Below are positions 9,865 to 19,530 of a DNA stretch of 41,802 nucleotides, piece after piece. The translations under genes were made by a program, and so were the position numbers. How positions within the stretch are numbered: the stretch's first letter is position 1; each line of letters opens with the position of its first letter. The notes below the pieces were generated by a model that saw only the letters and a list, made by a program, of their open reading frames with translations, was not told the DNA's origin and did no database searches. This stretch comes from a virus (taxonomy: Duplodnaviria > Heunggongvirae > Uroviricota > Caudoviricetes): IMG/VR virus record IMGVR_UViG_2541047852_000009. The stretch is one strand, 5' to 3'.

Positions 9865-12482
9865 CGCCTGCCTCCGGAAAATACGCCGCCATCACGCATC
9901 TGCGCCTGAATCTCATCCTGCGCACCTTTACGGGCCATCTCATACACCGCTTTCATCAGCTGCGGCCCGGCCTGTCCGTTGATACCGTCGTTCTGAATCA
10001 CCACGTGATTGTTCTGATTAAAATTAATACCTTCGGCCCGCCGCATCTGCGCCGGACTTCCGGCACCGCCGACATAACCACCTTCCGCATACCCGCGCAT
10101 CAGACGATACAGGTTGCCGACACCAATCCGGCTGGTCGCCTCCTTCGTGAAGACAAATTCACCACGGTGAACAATCCCCGCTGGCTCATATTTGCCGCCG
10201 GTTCCCGTAAATCCTCCGGTCGCAAAATGGAATTTCGCCGCAGCTGCCTGAATGGCTGTACCGCCTGACGCGGATGCGCCGCCACCAACAGCCCCGCCAA
10301 TAGCGCTGCCGATACTCCCGACAATCCCCACCATTGCCTGCTTAAGCAGAATTTCTGTCATCATGGACAGCACGGAGCGGGTGAAGCTGCGCCAGTTCTG
10401 CTCACTGCCGGTCAGCATCGCCGCCATATTCTGTGCAATACCATCAAAGGTCTGCGTGGCAGCACTTTTTACCTGCGACATACTGTCCGTGGCACTCTCT
10501 TCCCACTCACTCCAGCCGGACCTGAGGCCTGCCATCCAGTTCCCGCGAAGCAGGTCTTCAGCCGCCCAGGTCTTTTTCTGCTCTGACATGACGTTATTCA
10601 GCGCCAGCGGATTATCGCCATACTGTTCCTTCAGGCGCTGTTCCGTGGCTTCCCGTTCTGCCTGCCGGTCAGTCAGCCCCCGGCTTTTCGCATCAATGGC
10701 GGCCCGTTTTGCCCGTTGCTGCTGTGCGAATTTATCCGCCTGCTGCGCCAGCGCGTTCAGGCGCTCCTGATACGTAACCTTGTCGCCAAGTGCAGCCAGC
10801 TGGCGTTTGTACTCCAGCGTCTCATCTTTATGCGCCAGCAGGGATTTCTCCTGTGCAGACAGCTGGCGACGTTGCGCCGCCTCCTCCAGTACCGCGAACT
10901 GACTCTCCGCCTTCCACAAATCCCGGCGCTGCTGGCTGATTTTCTCATTTGCTCCGGCATGCTTCTCCAGCGTCCGGAGTTCAGTCTGAAGCGTCAGCAG
11001 GGCAGCATGAGCACTGTCTTCCTGACGATCGCCCGCAGACACCTTCACGCCGGACTGTTTCGGCTTTTTCAGCGTCGCTTCATAGTCCTTTTTCGCCGAC
11101 GCCATCAGCGTGTTGTAATCCGCCTGCAGGATTTTCCCGTCTTTCAGGGCCTTATTCAGCTCTTCCTGCCGGGCGGTATATTTCTCCAGTGGCGTCAGCA
11201 GGCGCTCATACGCCTTCTGCGCCTCTCCGGTATACTTCAGCTGTGACGACTCACGCTCAGCCCTGTCCCTTGCCGCCAGTTCACCGGCTTTTTCCATATC
11301 CGACTGCAGCGTTGCCGCTGCCAGACCCAGACGGGCATTTTCCCGGTCATCCCATGCGCCCTGAAGGTTGGCACGAAAAGAGGCGGTTTTTCCCCGGCGC
11401 TGGCTCCGGCTCTGGTACCACTGCCATTTTTTATCCGCCTCATCAAATGCCTTCTGTGCACTGGCGAGCATATCCGCTGAGGACTCAGGACGACCGATAT
11501 CCAGAATGGCATCCCACATCGATTTGAATGCCTTCCCTGTTTTATCCGCCCAGGTCTCCAGTGTCCCCATGTTTTCTTTCAGGCGACGGGTCTGCTCATC
11601 AAAGCCTTTCGTGGCGATATCGTTCGCCGCCTGTAAGGCCCCGGCCTCGTCTCCGGAACGCTGCAGCTGTGCGACATACGCAATCTGCTCTGCCGTCACG
11701 TTACGGAACTGGCGCGCCATTGCAGTCAGCCCCGACGTCGGGTCGGTGGTCAGTTTTCCGAAAGCCTCTGCAACCTTGTCCACCTCCACACCGGATGCAG
11801 ACGCAAAACGCGCGACACTCTGGTTGATGGCATCAAACTGTTCACCACCACGCACACCGGCATTCACCAGGGCTGCCAGTGACTCTCTCGCCTGGTTAAA
11901 CGTCAGCCCTGCTGCCTGCCCGGCTCTGGAGAGCGTCAGCATACGATCGGCAGTCAGTCCGGACTGATTGCCGGAAAGGACCAGGGTTTTATTAAACTCT
12001 GAAAGCGTGGCGTCGCCCTGGTACCAGGCGTACGCCAGCGCACCTGTCGCCACCGCCAGCGAGGTGACCCCGACCATCGGCAGGGTGATCGCACCGGCAA
12101 GCCCCCGGAACATGGGGATCATCCCGCCGAAGGAGTCCTTCACCTGACCGCCCTGTTGCAGCAGGATGAGCCAGGGATTCTGACCACCGGCAAGCTGCGT
12201 GGCGATATCCGTAAACTGTGCGGGCAGGGTTCGCATGGCCGCTTTATACTGCCCGACGGAAATCCCGGCTTTTTGTGCAGCCAGCGCCTGGCGGCTCAGG
12301 CCCTGCTCAACAGCAGCGGCCTGTTTCTTAAAAGACTGGCTGACACGCCCGGCCATCAAATCCGCAAGGTCACTGGTTTCACCCAGTTCTTTCTTTACCC
12401 GTGCAGCCTCTTCAGAAAAACGGGTTGAATCCAGTGTAAGAACAGCTGTCAGATCGGCAAAATTACCCGCCATAGCGTACAC
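9861..12482 (-). CDS. H: Tail tape-measure protein H
   Basis: 873 aa; long stretches identical to lambda H as recalled (SRQALAAQKAGISVGQYKAAMR..., C-terminal MRDGG.FSGG). Confidence 0.9.
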   Translation of the reverse strand: MYAMAGNFADLTAVLTLDSTRFSEEAARVKKELGETSDLADLMAGRVSQSFKKQAAAVEQGLSRQALAAQKAGISVGQYKAAMRTLPAQFTDIATQLAGGQNPWLILLQQGGQVKDSFGGMIPMFRGLAGAITLPMVGVTSLAVATGALAYAWYQGDATLSEFNKTLVLSGNQSGLTADRMLTLSRAGQAAGLTFNQARESLAALVNAGVRGGEQFDAINQSVARFASASGVEVDKVAEAFGKLTTDPTSGLTAMARQFRNVTAEQIAYVAQLQRSGDEAGALQAANDIATKGFDEQTRRLKENMGTLETWADKTGKAFKSMWDAILDIGRPESSADMLASAQKAFDEADKKWQWYQSRSQRRGKTASFRANLQGAWDDRENARLGLAAATLQSDMEKAGELAARDRAERESSQLKYTGEAQKAYERLLTPLEKYTARQEELNKALKDGKILQADYNTLMASAKKDYEATLKKPKQSGVKVSAGDRQEDSAHAALLTLQTELRTLEKHAGANEKISQQRRDLWKAESQFAVLEEAAQRRQLSAQEKSLLAHKDETLEYKRQLAALGDKVTYQERLNALAQQADKFAQQQRAKRAAIDAKSRGLTDRQAEREATEQRLKEQYGDNPLALNNVMSEQKKTWAAEDLLRGNWMAGLRSGWSEWEESATDSMSQVKSAATQTFDGIAQNMAAMLTGSEQNWRSFTRSVLSMMTEILLKQAMVGIVGSIGSAIGGAVGGGASASGGTAIQAAAAKFHFATGGFTGTGGKYEPAGIVHRGEFVFTKEATSRIGVGNLYRLMRGYAEGGYVGGAGSPAQMRRAEGINFNQNNHVVIQNDGINGQAGPQLMKAVYEMARKGAQDEIQAQMRDGGVFSGGRR

Positions 12483-13325
12483 CTCCTGGAATTCCCTCAG
12501 ACACCATCATCAGCATGGCTTCATCCTCTGTACTGCTCCGCATGTCATCACTGACCATAACGATTTCCTTCCCGTCAGCCCCAAAGCGGACACCACCAGA
12601 AAGACCTGCCGCTTTCCGCATCAGCATATCGTCCTCATCCGGCATCTCCGTCTGCTCATCATCACGTCGGGGTGCCAGCAGACTGAAATCAGAGGGATGC
12701 ATATCCGGATCGCAAAAAAACAGGCTGAGTACAGCGTACGTCAGCCCGGAAAAATGCATATCCAGCTGGGTATCCTGAAAATAATGCGTGCGGTAAAAAC
12801 GGTGCCAGTCGGCATATTCGGTGGATGTCATCCCGGCAAGCATGGCGCGCCAGTCGGGTCTCCCCATCTCACGCGCCAGTCTGAGGGCAAAGTTCAGCTC
12901 ACCGTCGAAGACTTTCCCGCAGAAAAATCATCATCAGTCAGCGTGTTATTTTTCGCCACTTCAGTAATATCAGTATCCGGACGAACAGCTTCGATCATCC
13001 CGGACAGGCACAACACCACGTCTTCCGCCCGGGCAATGGCATCGGCAGGCCAGGTGGTGAGCACTTCCTGCTCTATCTTCATCACGGCCTCATTCATTGA
13101 CGGTGACTGCGTTTTCTGTGGATGGTTATGCCACAGGGACATCGCCACCAGAAACGCGCCGGTTCTGACAAGATCTTCCACACTCACCTGCAGGTTGCCG
13201 GTGGCTTCAGCCTCTTCTGCCCGCCGTTTCAGGAGGGCAAGATGCTCAATACGCTGCAGCGCAGACAGCTCAGAAAGCGTGACGGATACACCGTTATATT
13301 CAAATTGTTCTGTTTTCAGGAACAT
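12463..13325 (-). CDS. T: Tail assembly chaperone G-T fusion made by programmed -1 frameshift
   Basis: T-frame ORF (stop at 12463) lies in the -1 frame relative to G; slippery heptamer GGGAAAG at 12912-12918 (minus strand) just before the G stop, as in lambda. Confidence 0.6.
12894..13325 (-). CDS. G: Tail assembly chaperone G
   Basis: 143 aa; matches lambda G (MFLKTE.FE.NGV.VTLSELSALQRIEHLAL...). Confidence 0.85.
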   Translation of the reverse strand: MFLKTEQFEYNGVSVTLSELSALQRIEHLALLKRRAEEAEATGNLQVSVEDLVRTGAFLVAMSLWHNHPQKTQSPSMNEAVMKIEQEVLTTWPADAIARAEDVVLCLSGMIEAVRPDTDITEVAKNNTLTDDDFSAGKSSTVS

Positions 13326-13343
13326 CGCTTATCTCTCAGCTCT

Positions 13344-14090
13344 TTAGCCACCCGGCACATTATTAACGGTAATTTCAGCCACCGCAGCAAACTGACCATT
13401 ACCGGAAATCACAGGGATGCTGACTTTTCCATCCTTAACCCCCGTCACAGTAATCGTCATATCTTTCACGCTAATGGTGGCTTTCGATGGATCGGCGGAA
13501 ATCGCCCTGAATGTCTTATCCGTTGCATTTTCCGGTTCCACAGTAACGGTCAGGGTGGTTGTTTTCCCTTTTTCAACCGTACCTGTCGGCGTTACCTTAA
13601 TCGCAGTGACCGGCGTAATTTTGCTGCGTTCTTCCGCTACAGAAGGTTTACCCACGTTAGTGACTTTCACCGTGCGGGTGATCACTTCTTTCGCCGTCAC
13701 GGCCTTACCGATACTGCTGACCCAGCCACGAAACACATCCACCGTGCCATTCGGAAAACGGATTTTATAGGCCCGGACATCGCCGCTTTCAAACCAGCCT
13801 ATAAGCCCTTTCTGACCTTCCTCTCCCGGTTTCCAGGCCAGCGTAAAACTGGTATCACCTGCAGATTTCTGTCCCTGCCCGGTCGCGGTCCAGTCCGCGT
13901 CTTCATCATCCAGGTAGTTATCATCGTAGGGTTCAGCCGTCATCTCGCCCGGCGTCAGATCCTTCACCTTAGCCAGTCGCTGCCAGTCATCGTCTGACAA
14001 CGGGTTTGCATAAGCATCAGCCTTGCCGTTGTAAACCCACAGAGTGGTACCGGCACCTTTTACCGGCTCCAGGGGATTTGGTGTTGCCAT
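13344..14090 (-). CDS. V: Major tail protein V (with C-terminal Ig-like domain)
   Basis: 248 aa; strong match to lambda V ([11 protein letters not shown]...[25 protein letters not shown]...). Confidence 0.9.
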   Translation of the reverse strand: MATPNPLEPVKGAGTTLWVYNGKADAYANPLSDDDWQRLAKVKDLTPGEMTAEPYDDNYLDDEDADWTATGQGQKSAGDTSFTLAWKPGEEGQKGLIGWFESGDVRAYKIRFPNGTVDVFRGWVSSIGKAVTAKEVITRTVKVTNVGKPSVAEERSKITPVTAIKVTPTGTVEKGKTTTLTVTVEPENATDKTFRAISADPSKATISVKDMTITVTGVKDGKVSIPVISGNGQFAAVAEITVNNVPGG

Positions 14091-14097
14091 ATCGTCC

Positions 14098-14496
14098 TCA
14101 CATCTCGTAGGTAATTTTCCACAGGAGATCTGCCGATCCCCACATCATAAACTCATCATCCCGGCGGTAGTCATACCCCTGAAGATTCATCTTCAGCAGT
14201 AACGCACTGAGGCCGGGAACCGCCTCCAGCGCAGGAAGGATTTTCTCTTCCATCCACATATCCAGTGCCGAGTCCGGTTCTTTTGCCCTGAGAAAAACTT
14301 CAATATGCAGTGTCGCCTCCCAGGTCCCCTCATCAACGAACTCGTCAGCAGCAGACGCATCAGTCAGGTAAACAGCAACAGCAGGCAGTTCCTGTTCATC
14401 AATAAAAACCGGGCGGCCGTCAAACCAGCTCACCCGCTCAGAAATATTGTCTTTCAGGGCAGACAGAACTGCCGCCCGTATTTCACGGTGTTTCAT
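14098..14496 (-). CDS. U: Tail terminator protein U
   Basis: 132 aa; matches lambda U (MKH.E.RAAVL...GYDYRRDD...ITYEM). Confidence 0.85.
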   Translation of the reverse strand: MKHREIRAAVLSALKDNISERVSWFDGRPVFIDEQELPAVAVYLTDASAADEFVDEGTWEATLHIEVFLRAKEPDSALDMWMEEKILPALEAVPGLSALLLKMNLQGYDYRRDDEFMMWGSADLLWKITYEM

Positions 14497-14508
14497 ACAC
14501 CCTCCCTG

Positions 14509-15138
14509 TCATTTTCTTTTCAGCACCAGGCGTAACTGATGCGTCATGGCTTTCATCATCTGCACTGGTAATTTTTCCCGGTACATCCGGTCCCGTTCAC
14601 GTTCAAAGGTTTCTGCCAGCGGTCCGGCAGTCGGAATTTTCACCACTTCAATTGGCAGACGGTGGCGTTTCGGCCTCCCTTTGCTGTCAGCGCCGGTGGA
14701 CGATGGTGCCCACGGCATACGCTGCATCACATGCCAGCGTCCGTTAGCCAGCCGGGTGATAAAGGCGTCCGGGATCCGTCTTTTCCCCACAATCAGCACA
14801 CTGCCTCCCCCTTTCAGGGCCGCACGCTGTCCTTTCTTTCTCCGTTTTCTGCGGGAAAGTCGAACGCGGGCCTCCCCCAGTTTGATGGCAGGCAGGTTGC
14901 CGGTATTGATGTAAACCTTTGCATAAACCTTATCCGGTCGTGCCGGACTTAACCGGATGCGGGCACGGATAAGACGGCGGGGAACGGCCAGCTCCCTGGC
15001 AACTGAAGTGGCCGTTTTCGCAATGATGGCCCCCGCCACGCGGTTCAGTGTCGTGGCAGAGGCCCGGGGAACGGCACGGCGGTCAATTGCATCCAGATTT
15101 TTCATGGCCTGCGCCAGACCTTTTATTGCCATGCTCAT
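14509..15138 (-). CDS. Z: Tail completion protein Z
   Basis: Matches lambda Z (MAIKGL...SRR.RRKKGQR..LKGGGSVL.VG.RRIP.AFI..L.NGRWHVMQR); true start probably the second Met. Confidence 0.85.
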   Translation of the reverse strand: MSMAIKGLAQAMKNLDAIDRRAVPRASATTLNRVAGAIIAKTATSVARELAVPRRLIRARIRLSPARPDKVYAKVYINTGNLPAIKLGEARVRLSRRKRRKKGQRAALKGGGSVLIVGKRRIPDAFITRLANGRWHVMQRMPWAPSSTGADSKGRPKRHRLPIEVVKIPTAGPLAETFERERDRMYREKLPVQMMKAMTHQLRLVLKRK

Positions 15139-15416
15139 TCCTGTTCGACAAAAATCCGGGGTTTACCGTTGTACGTGTCATAACGGGTCACCGTCAGTGT
15201 ACGGCCCTCAAACACAACAACATCATGACGGGCCGGACGGTACCGGGCTGAAAACACCACCAGTGACAACTGGCTGCCCGAAAGCGCCCCCATCTCCGCG
15301 GACTCTTCCTCAGGCATCACGTCATACACGACGCCGTTAATCTCCGCCTGTTTGCCCATCACCCGAACGGTCGCCCCGTCCATCCGGCAACACATTCGCG
15401 TAAACAGATCAGACAT
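15135..15416 (-). CDS. Putative head-tail joining / head completion protein (FII-position)
   Basis: 93-aa ORF between the capsid genes and Z, overlapping Z start by 4 nt; assignment by position only. Confidence 0.4.
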   Translation of the reverse strand: MSDLFTRMCCRMDGATVRVMGKQAEINGVVYDVMPEEESAEMGALSGSQLSLVVFSARYRPARHDVVVFEGRTLTVTRYDTYNGKPRIFVEQE

Positions 15417-15735
15417 TGATTTTTACCGCCACAGTGGCGCTGTTTGCAGGAGCATTTTCCCAGGCTACCCCCGCGGCCACCGCACCCTCTGCAGCCAGCT
15501 GCACAACCCCGTCCTTCAGATAAACCACCGCGCCGGACTGAATGTCGTCAGCAGACTGTTTGGGCAGAAGGAACACGCCTTCGGCAAAACCGTCACCGGC
15601 ATCACCGGCAGGAATATCGGTAATGGCCACGGCCACCATACTGCCGACCACCACCGCAGCACCGCTCAGGATGGTCTGATCTCCGGCATTCACCAGTTCA
15701 ATGGTGGTACCGTCCTGTACAAAATTTTTCGCCAT
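15409..15735 (-). CDS. Small Gly/Ala/Val-rich head protein (DUF2190-like), possible decoration/stabilisation protein
   Basis: 108 aa, composition and position immediately downstream of the capsid gene. Confidence 0.45.
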   Translation of the reverse strand: MAKNFVQDGTTIELVNAGDQTILSGAAVVVGSMVAVAITDIPAGDAGDGFAEGVFLLPKQSADDIQSGAVVYLKDGVVQLAAEGAVAAGVAWENAPANSATVAVKINV

Positions 15736-15822
15736 AATGCTGTTTCTCCGGACAGCCCCTGTGGGGCTGTTTTTCAGGCATAAAAAAAGCCCTTTCGGGC
15801 AGTGATTGTGATAACTCGGTTA

Positions 15823-17802
15823 TCAGGCCACCGACGAACGCACCAGCCCGCGCCAGTCAAGTGGTGCCACTCCGGCATCAATACGGATTTTTGTGGCAAT
15901 GCCGTCAGTGGTGAAACCTTCCTGCTGATCAATGTATGGAGTGTCCACACCATCCAGCCAGGCCACTTCAATGGTGTCAGTGCCCTGTGCCGCCGCCAGA
16001 TACCAGGTTTTCGGATCTGCCGCATCAAGACGCGCTTCTGCAATCACCTCAGCAAAGTTCTGGATGGGGTTAATGACACCGGCGTTTGCATCCGCCCCTT
16101 TCACACTGGCCGATTTGATGGTCTGGTTCGCCACCGTCTCCAGTGCCACCGGTACCAGCATAAAGGCCGGACGGATATTCAGGGCGCGATCGCCTTCTTT
16201 CTGCAGGCGCATCATCTGACGGGCCGCATCCAGTCCGGAAACGGAAATCCCACCGGTGGCAATATTTTTGTGATCGGCATGGAACAGCGCCTTACCGTCT
16301 GACAGTTTCGGGTTATCCGTCAGCACCTTGTAAACCAGGTCACCAATCGTTGCCTTCGCCGCACGCCCCATCTTCATCGGCACGTCCACCAGCATATTCA
16401 GATCATCATTGATAATGGCCTGGCGGGTGATGGAGAAAATCTCCCCGTAAGTGGCCAGTGCAATGGTCTCCTTGCGATCTGAGGTGGTGATGTATTTATA
16501 CTCCGCCCCCTCACGAACCTGGCGCAGAGAACCAAAACCGCCCATCCCCACGCGATACGCTGTTTTGAAGTCTGACAGGCGTCCCTTACGGGTCCACTTC
16601 TGGAAGGTTTCTTCTGATTCCTCCCAGCCCTGGATCAGCCCCTTGTTCGACACATCCAGCAGAATATTGCCAAAATCAGAGGTGCTGTGCGTCAGCGCCA
16701 GCCCGACCATCTGCATGGGGTTATAACTGGCCACCCCAATACCGCGCTCCGTCAGTGACATGCGAGCCCATTCACGCAGGGTCATCCCGTTATAGGCGTT
16801 ATCCTTCTCGACATTTTCAAATCCGGCACGGGCCAGCATCGCCTGGCGGATCCCGTCCCCCACAAAATTGCCGTTTCCGGCATAAATATGGGCCGGTGTG
16901 TTTTTGTTGGTCGGCGATGACTCCTTGCCCATTTCATTCAGCAGACGTTCACGGGCCATTTCCAGCGAACAGTCAGGATCAGCCACACACTGCGCCTGAA
17001 GCGCCTGATAGCGACCGCCAAACATGGCAAACAGATCGTTAATGCCTGACATGCGGGCTTTCTGCTCAGCCATAACGCGGGCGCGAATGGTCGCCTCATC
17101 AGACACTGCCGGTACCGGTGATGGTTCTGTTACCGCCGGTGCAGGGATTGTCACTGTGGTATCACGCGGGGCACTGTTGTATGGCTGCGTGATCATATTT
17201 CGGATGGATTCCGGCATCTTTTTAAATTCCTCTGTACGTTTTGACTGAATACATGCCATTGCCTTAACGGCTGGCGTCACCTGGTCTGCAAATCCGTGTG
17301 CCAGACACTCGGCACCGGACATCCAGGTCTCATCCGCCAGCATGGCGGCAATTTCATCGGTAGTTTTTCCGGTTTTCTGCGCATATACCGGCACCATAAC
17401 CGACTCAAGTTTGTCCAGACGTTCGGCATAAGTGCGCATTTCCTCCGCATCACCACCGCTGATCCCCCAGGGTTTATGGATCATCATGAAGGCATTTTCC
17501 GGCATAATGACCGTGTCACCGGCCATCGCAATCAGGGATGCCATCGAGGCGGCAACGCCATCCACATACACGGTAATGGCCGCACCGTGATTTTTCAGGG
17601 CATTAAAAATGGCGATGCCTTCAAAAACATCGCCACCCGGTGAGTTGATGTGGAGATTAATGTGGGTGATATCACCCATGGCATTCATATCGCTGACAAA
17701 CTGCTTCGCGGTAACTCCCCAGAAACCAATCTCGTCATAAATATAAATATCCGCCTCACCCTGACCACCCGCCTGCATCCTGAACCAGGATTTATTCTTC
17801 AT
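15823..17802 (-). CDS. Prohead protease (ClpP/S14-like) fused to HK97-fold major capsid protein
   Basis: N-terminal region carries ClpP-like motifs (INSPGGDV, MASLIAMAGD); long C-terminal capsid-like region; likely start at ATG 17802 (MKNKSWF), 8 nt after the portal stop; listed ORF extends to 17994. Confidence 0.75.
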   Translation of the reverse strand: MKNKSWFRMQAGGQGEADIYIYDEIGFWGVTAKQFVSDMNAMGDITHINLHINSPGGDVFEGIAIFNALKNHGAAITVYVDGVAASMASLIAMAGDTVIMPENAFMMIHKPWGISGGDAEEMRTYAERLDKLESVMVPVYAQKTGKTTDEIAAMLADETWMSGAECLAHGFADQVTPAVKAMACIQSKRTEEFKKMPESIRNMITQPYNSAPRDTTVTIPAPAVTEPSPVPAVSDEATIRARVMAEQKARMSGINDLFAMFGGRYQALQAQCVADPDCSLEMARERLLNEMGKESSPTNKNTPAHIYAGNGNFVGDGIRQAMLARAGFENVEKDNAYNGMTLREWARMSLTERGIGVASYNPMQMVGLALTHSTSDFGNILLDVSNKGLIQGWEESEETFQKWTRKGRLSDFKTAYRVGMGGFGSLRQVREGAEYKYITTSDRKETIALATYGEIFSITRQAIINDDLNMLVDVPMKMGRAAKATIGDLVYKVLTDNPKLSDGKALFHADHKNIATGGISVSGLDAARQMMRLQKEGDRALNIRPAFMLVPVALETVANQTIKSASVKGADANAGVINPIQNFAEVIAEARLDAADPKTWYLAAAQGTDTIEVAWLDGVDTPYIDQQEGFTTDGIATKIRIDAGVAPLDWRGLVRSSVA

Positions 17803-19294
17803 GCTGGCTGTCGGTGGCCTGCTGACGCTGTTGTTCAGTTCCGGCACTGTTGCCTCCTTTGTCGTTGACGGGGTCAGTATCAAAGACCAGCCCCAGTCTG
17901 CTGTTTTCATCAATTTCAGCCTTGCGGCGACGTTTGACCTCATCCGGATTGCGCCCGCCGGCACGCACCCAGTCAGATTCTGTCGCTGCACCACCCCGGA
18001 TCTGAATTCTCCAGGCTTCAGCTTCCTTAACCGGGTCGATCCACGGCATCACCGGACCGGAATACGTCGCGTTATATAGCGTTTTCATCTCCACATCCGC
18101 CGGAATTTTCAGCAGACCTGCCGCAACCACCATATTCAGCCATGTCCGGTACACCGGGCGGGTTACCGCGCCAATAAAACAGTCCTGCAGGATCAGGTAA
18201 CCATCCGTGGACTCGACCAGCTCCTGCCGCTGGGCACTGTAGGTGCCGTTATAGTTACGCGCCGCACTGGAAAAACTCAGACGACTGCCCGCTGCCACTG
18301 CACGCAACTGGCCGTTGCGGAAAGTTTCAAGGTTGGGATTGGGACGGTCTGATTTGACCATGCCGATATCCTCGCCCTTGCGCAAATCGTCATAAATAAT
18401 ACCCGGGGTGATATGGACTTCCCGGTCGGTATCTTTGATCCCCGGATCTTCATAGTCCTGTCCGTCCCCTTTACGGATATACAGTCCCAGCGCCGCGGCA
18501 ATACGCGCAGCCGTCAGTTCCGCATCCTCATATTCCTTAAGGGCACTGATCCGCATCAGCACCCCCGATAACATGGATGAGCCTCGCGTCTGATGCAGAC
18601 GGCGTATGAACTTCAGGTGGATCATTTTTCCGGCAGCGATTTCTTTCGTATCACTCTGCCGACCGCTGACCGGATAATTTTTATAAACCAGATATTTTTT
18701 CGGTCTTCCCCACTCATCAAGAAAAACCCCCTGATTCAGCCCGGCGGATTCATCAGTGCGCATGGGAACAAAATCCGGCTCCATCGCCTCAAGCCAGAAT
18801 GGCACTCCCGCCGTCCGTTCCAGACCGTTTCCCGCACCACTGACCATCTGCGCAAACACTTCACCATCCCGCAGCCAGGTCCGCAGCAGTAAACGTTCAA
18901 GCACGGGACGGGTATACTGCCCTGTCACATCCGGACTCACGGACCATTCAGCCCACAACCGGCGGATATCCGCAGCCAGCTCTGCCGCCATTTCCCCGTT
19001 TTTTCGTAATGGCTGAGGCTCCACAATAATTCCCCTGGCACCAATCACCCGCTCTTCCAGCTTGTCAAACACACCAATCACCAGGTCATGATTGATATCC
19101 AGAAAACGGGCCTGCTCCCGCAGGGAAACCGCACCGTATTTACTGAGCTGATCAGCAGAGCGATTTTCCCGCCGGGCTTTATGTGTCCGGGTCGGTTTCA
19201 CCGCCTCATAGGCCATGATTAACGCCCTTGAACGCAGTCTGGCTGCTTTCCACCCGGGGGAAAACACGCCTATCACATCATCAATAATTGCCAT
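17792..19294 (-). CDS. Portal protein (lambda B-like)
   Basis: 500 aa, positioned between gpW and the protease-capsid gene; family assignment from size, position and overall similarity. Confidence 0.85.
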   Translation of the reverse strand: MAIIDDVIGVFSPGWKAARLRSRALIMAYEAVKPTRTHKARRENRSADQLSKYGAVSLREQARFLDINHDLVIGVFDKLEERVIGARGIIVEPQPLRKNGEMAAELAADIRRLWAEWSVSPDVTGQYTRPVLERLLLRTWLRDGEVFAQMVSGAGNGLERTAGVPFWLEAMEPDFVPMRTDESAGLNQGVFLDEWGRPKKYLVYKNYPVSGRQSDTKEIAAGKMIHLKFIRRLHQTRGSSMLSGVLMRISALKEYEDAELTAARIAAALGLYIRKGDGQDYEDPGIKDTDREVHITPGIIYDDLRKGEDIGMVKSDRPNPNLETFRNGQLRAVAAGSRLSFSSAARNYNGTYSAQRQELVESTDGYLILQDCFIGAVTRPVYRTWLNMVVAAGLLKIPADVEMKTLYNATYSGPVMPWIDPVKEAEAWRIQIRGGAATESDWVRAGGRNPDEVKRRRKAEIDENSRLGLVFDTDPVNDKGGNSAGTEQQRQQATDSQHEE

Positions 19295-19530
19295 TAAAAC
19301 CTCGCCAGTTTAAATCCTGGTTTTCCCCGCCTGCGGCTCACCATCGCGGCAAGCCTGCGTTCCCACTCCTGACGTCCGGCGCGGATCTGAGAAAGGCTTT
19401 CCAGCGTCAGTTGCTGTCCGTTGAAGGTGACAGACTTCCCCTCCAGTACGGCCATTTCCGCTTCACGGTACCGCTGTATCATTTCTCTGGCTTCTTCTGT
19501 GCTCACAACCAGCCTCCTGATGTTATCCAT
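19294..19530 (-). CDS. W: Head-tail joining protein gpW-like
   Basis: 78 aa between terminase large subunit and portal; C-terminus RRRGKPGF resembles lambda W. Confidence 0.6.
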   Translation of the reverse strand: MDNIRRLVVSTEEAREMIQRYREAEMAVLEGKSVTFNGQQLTLESLSQIRAGRQEWERRLAAMVSRRRGKPGFKLARF

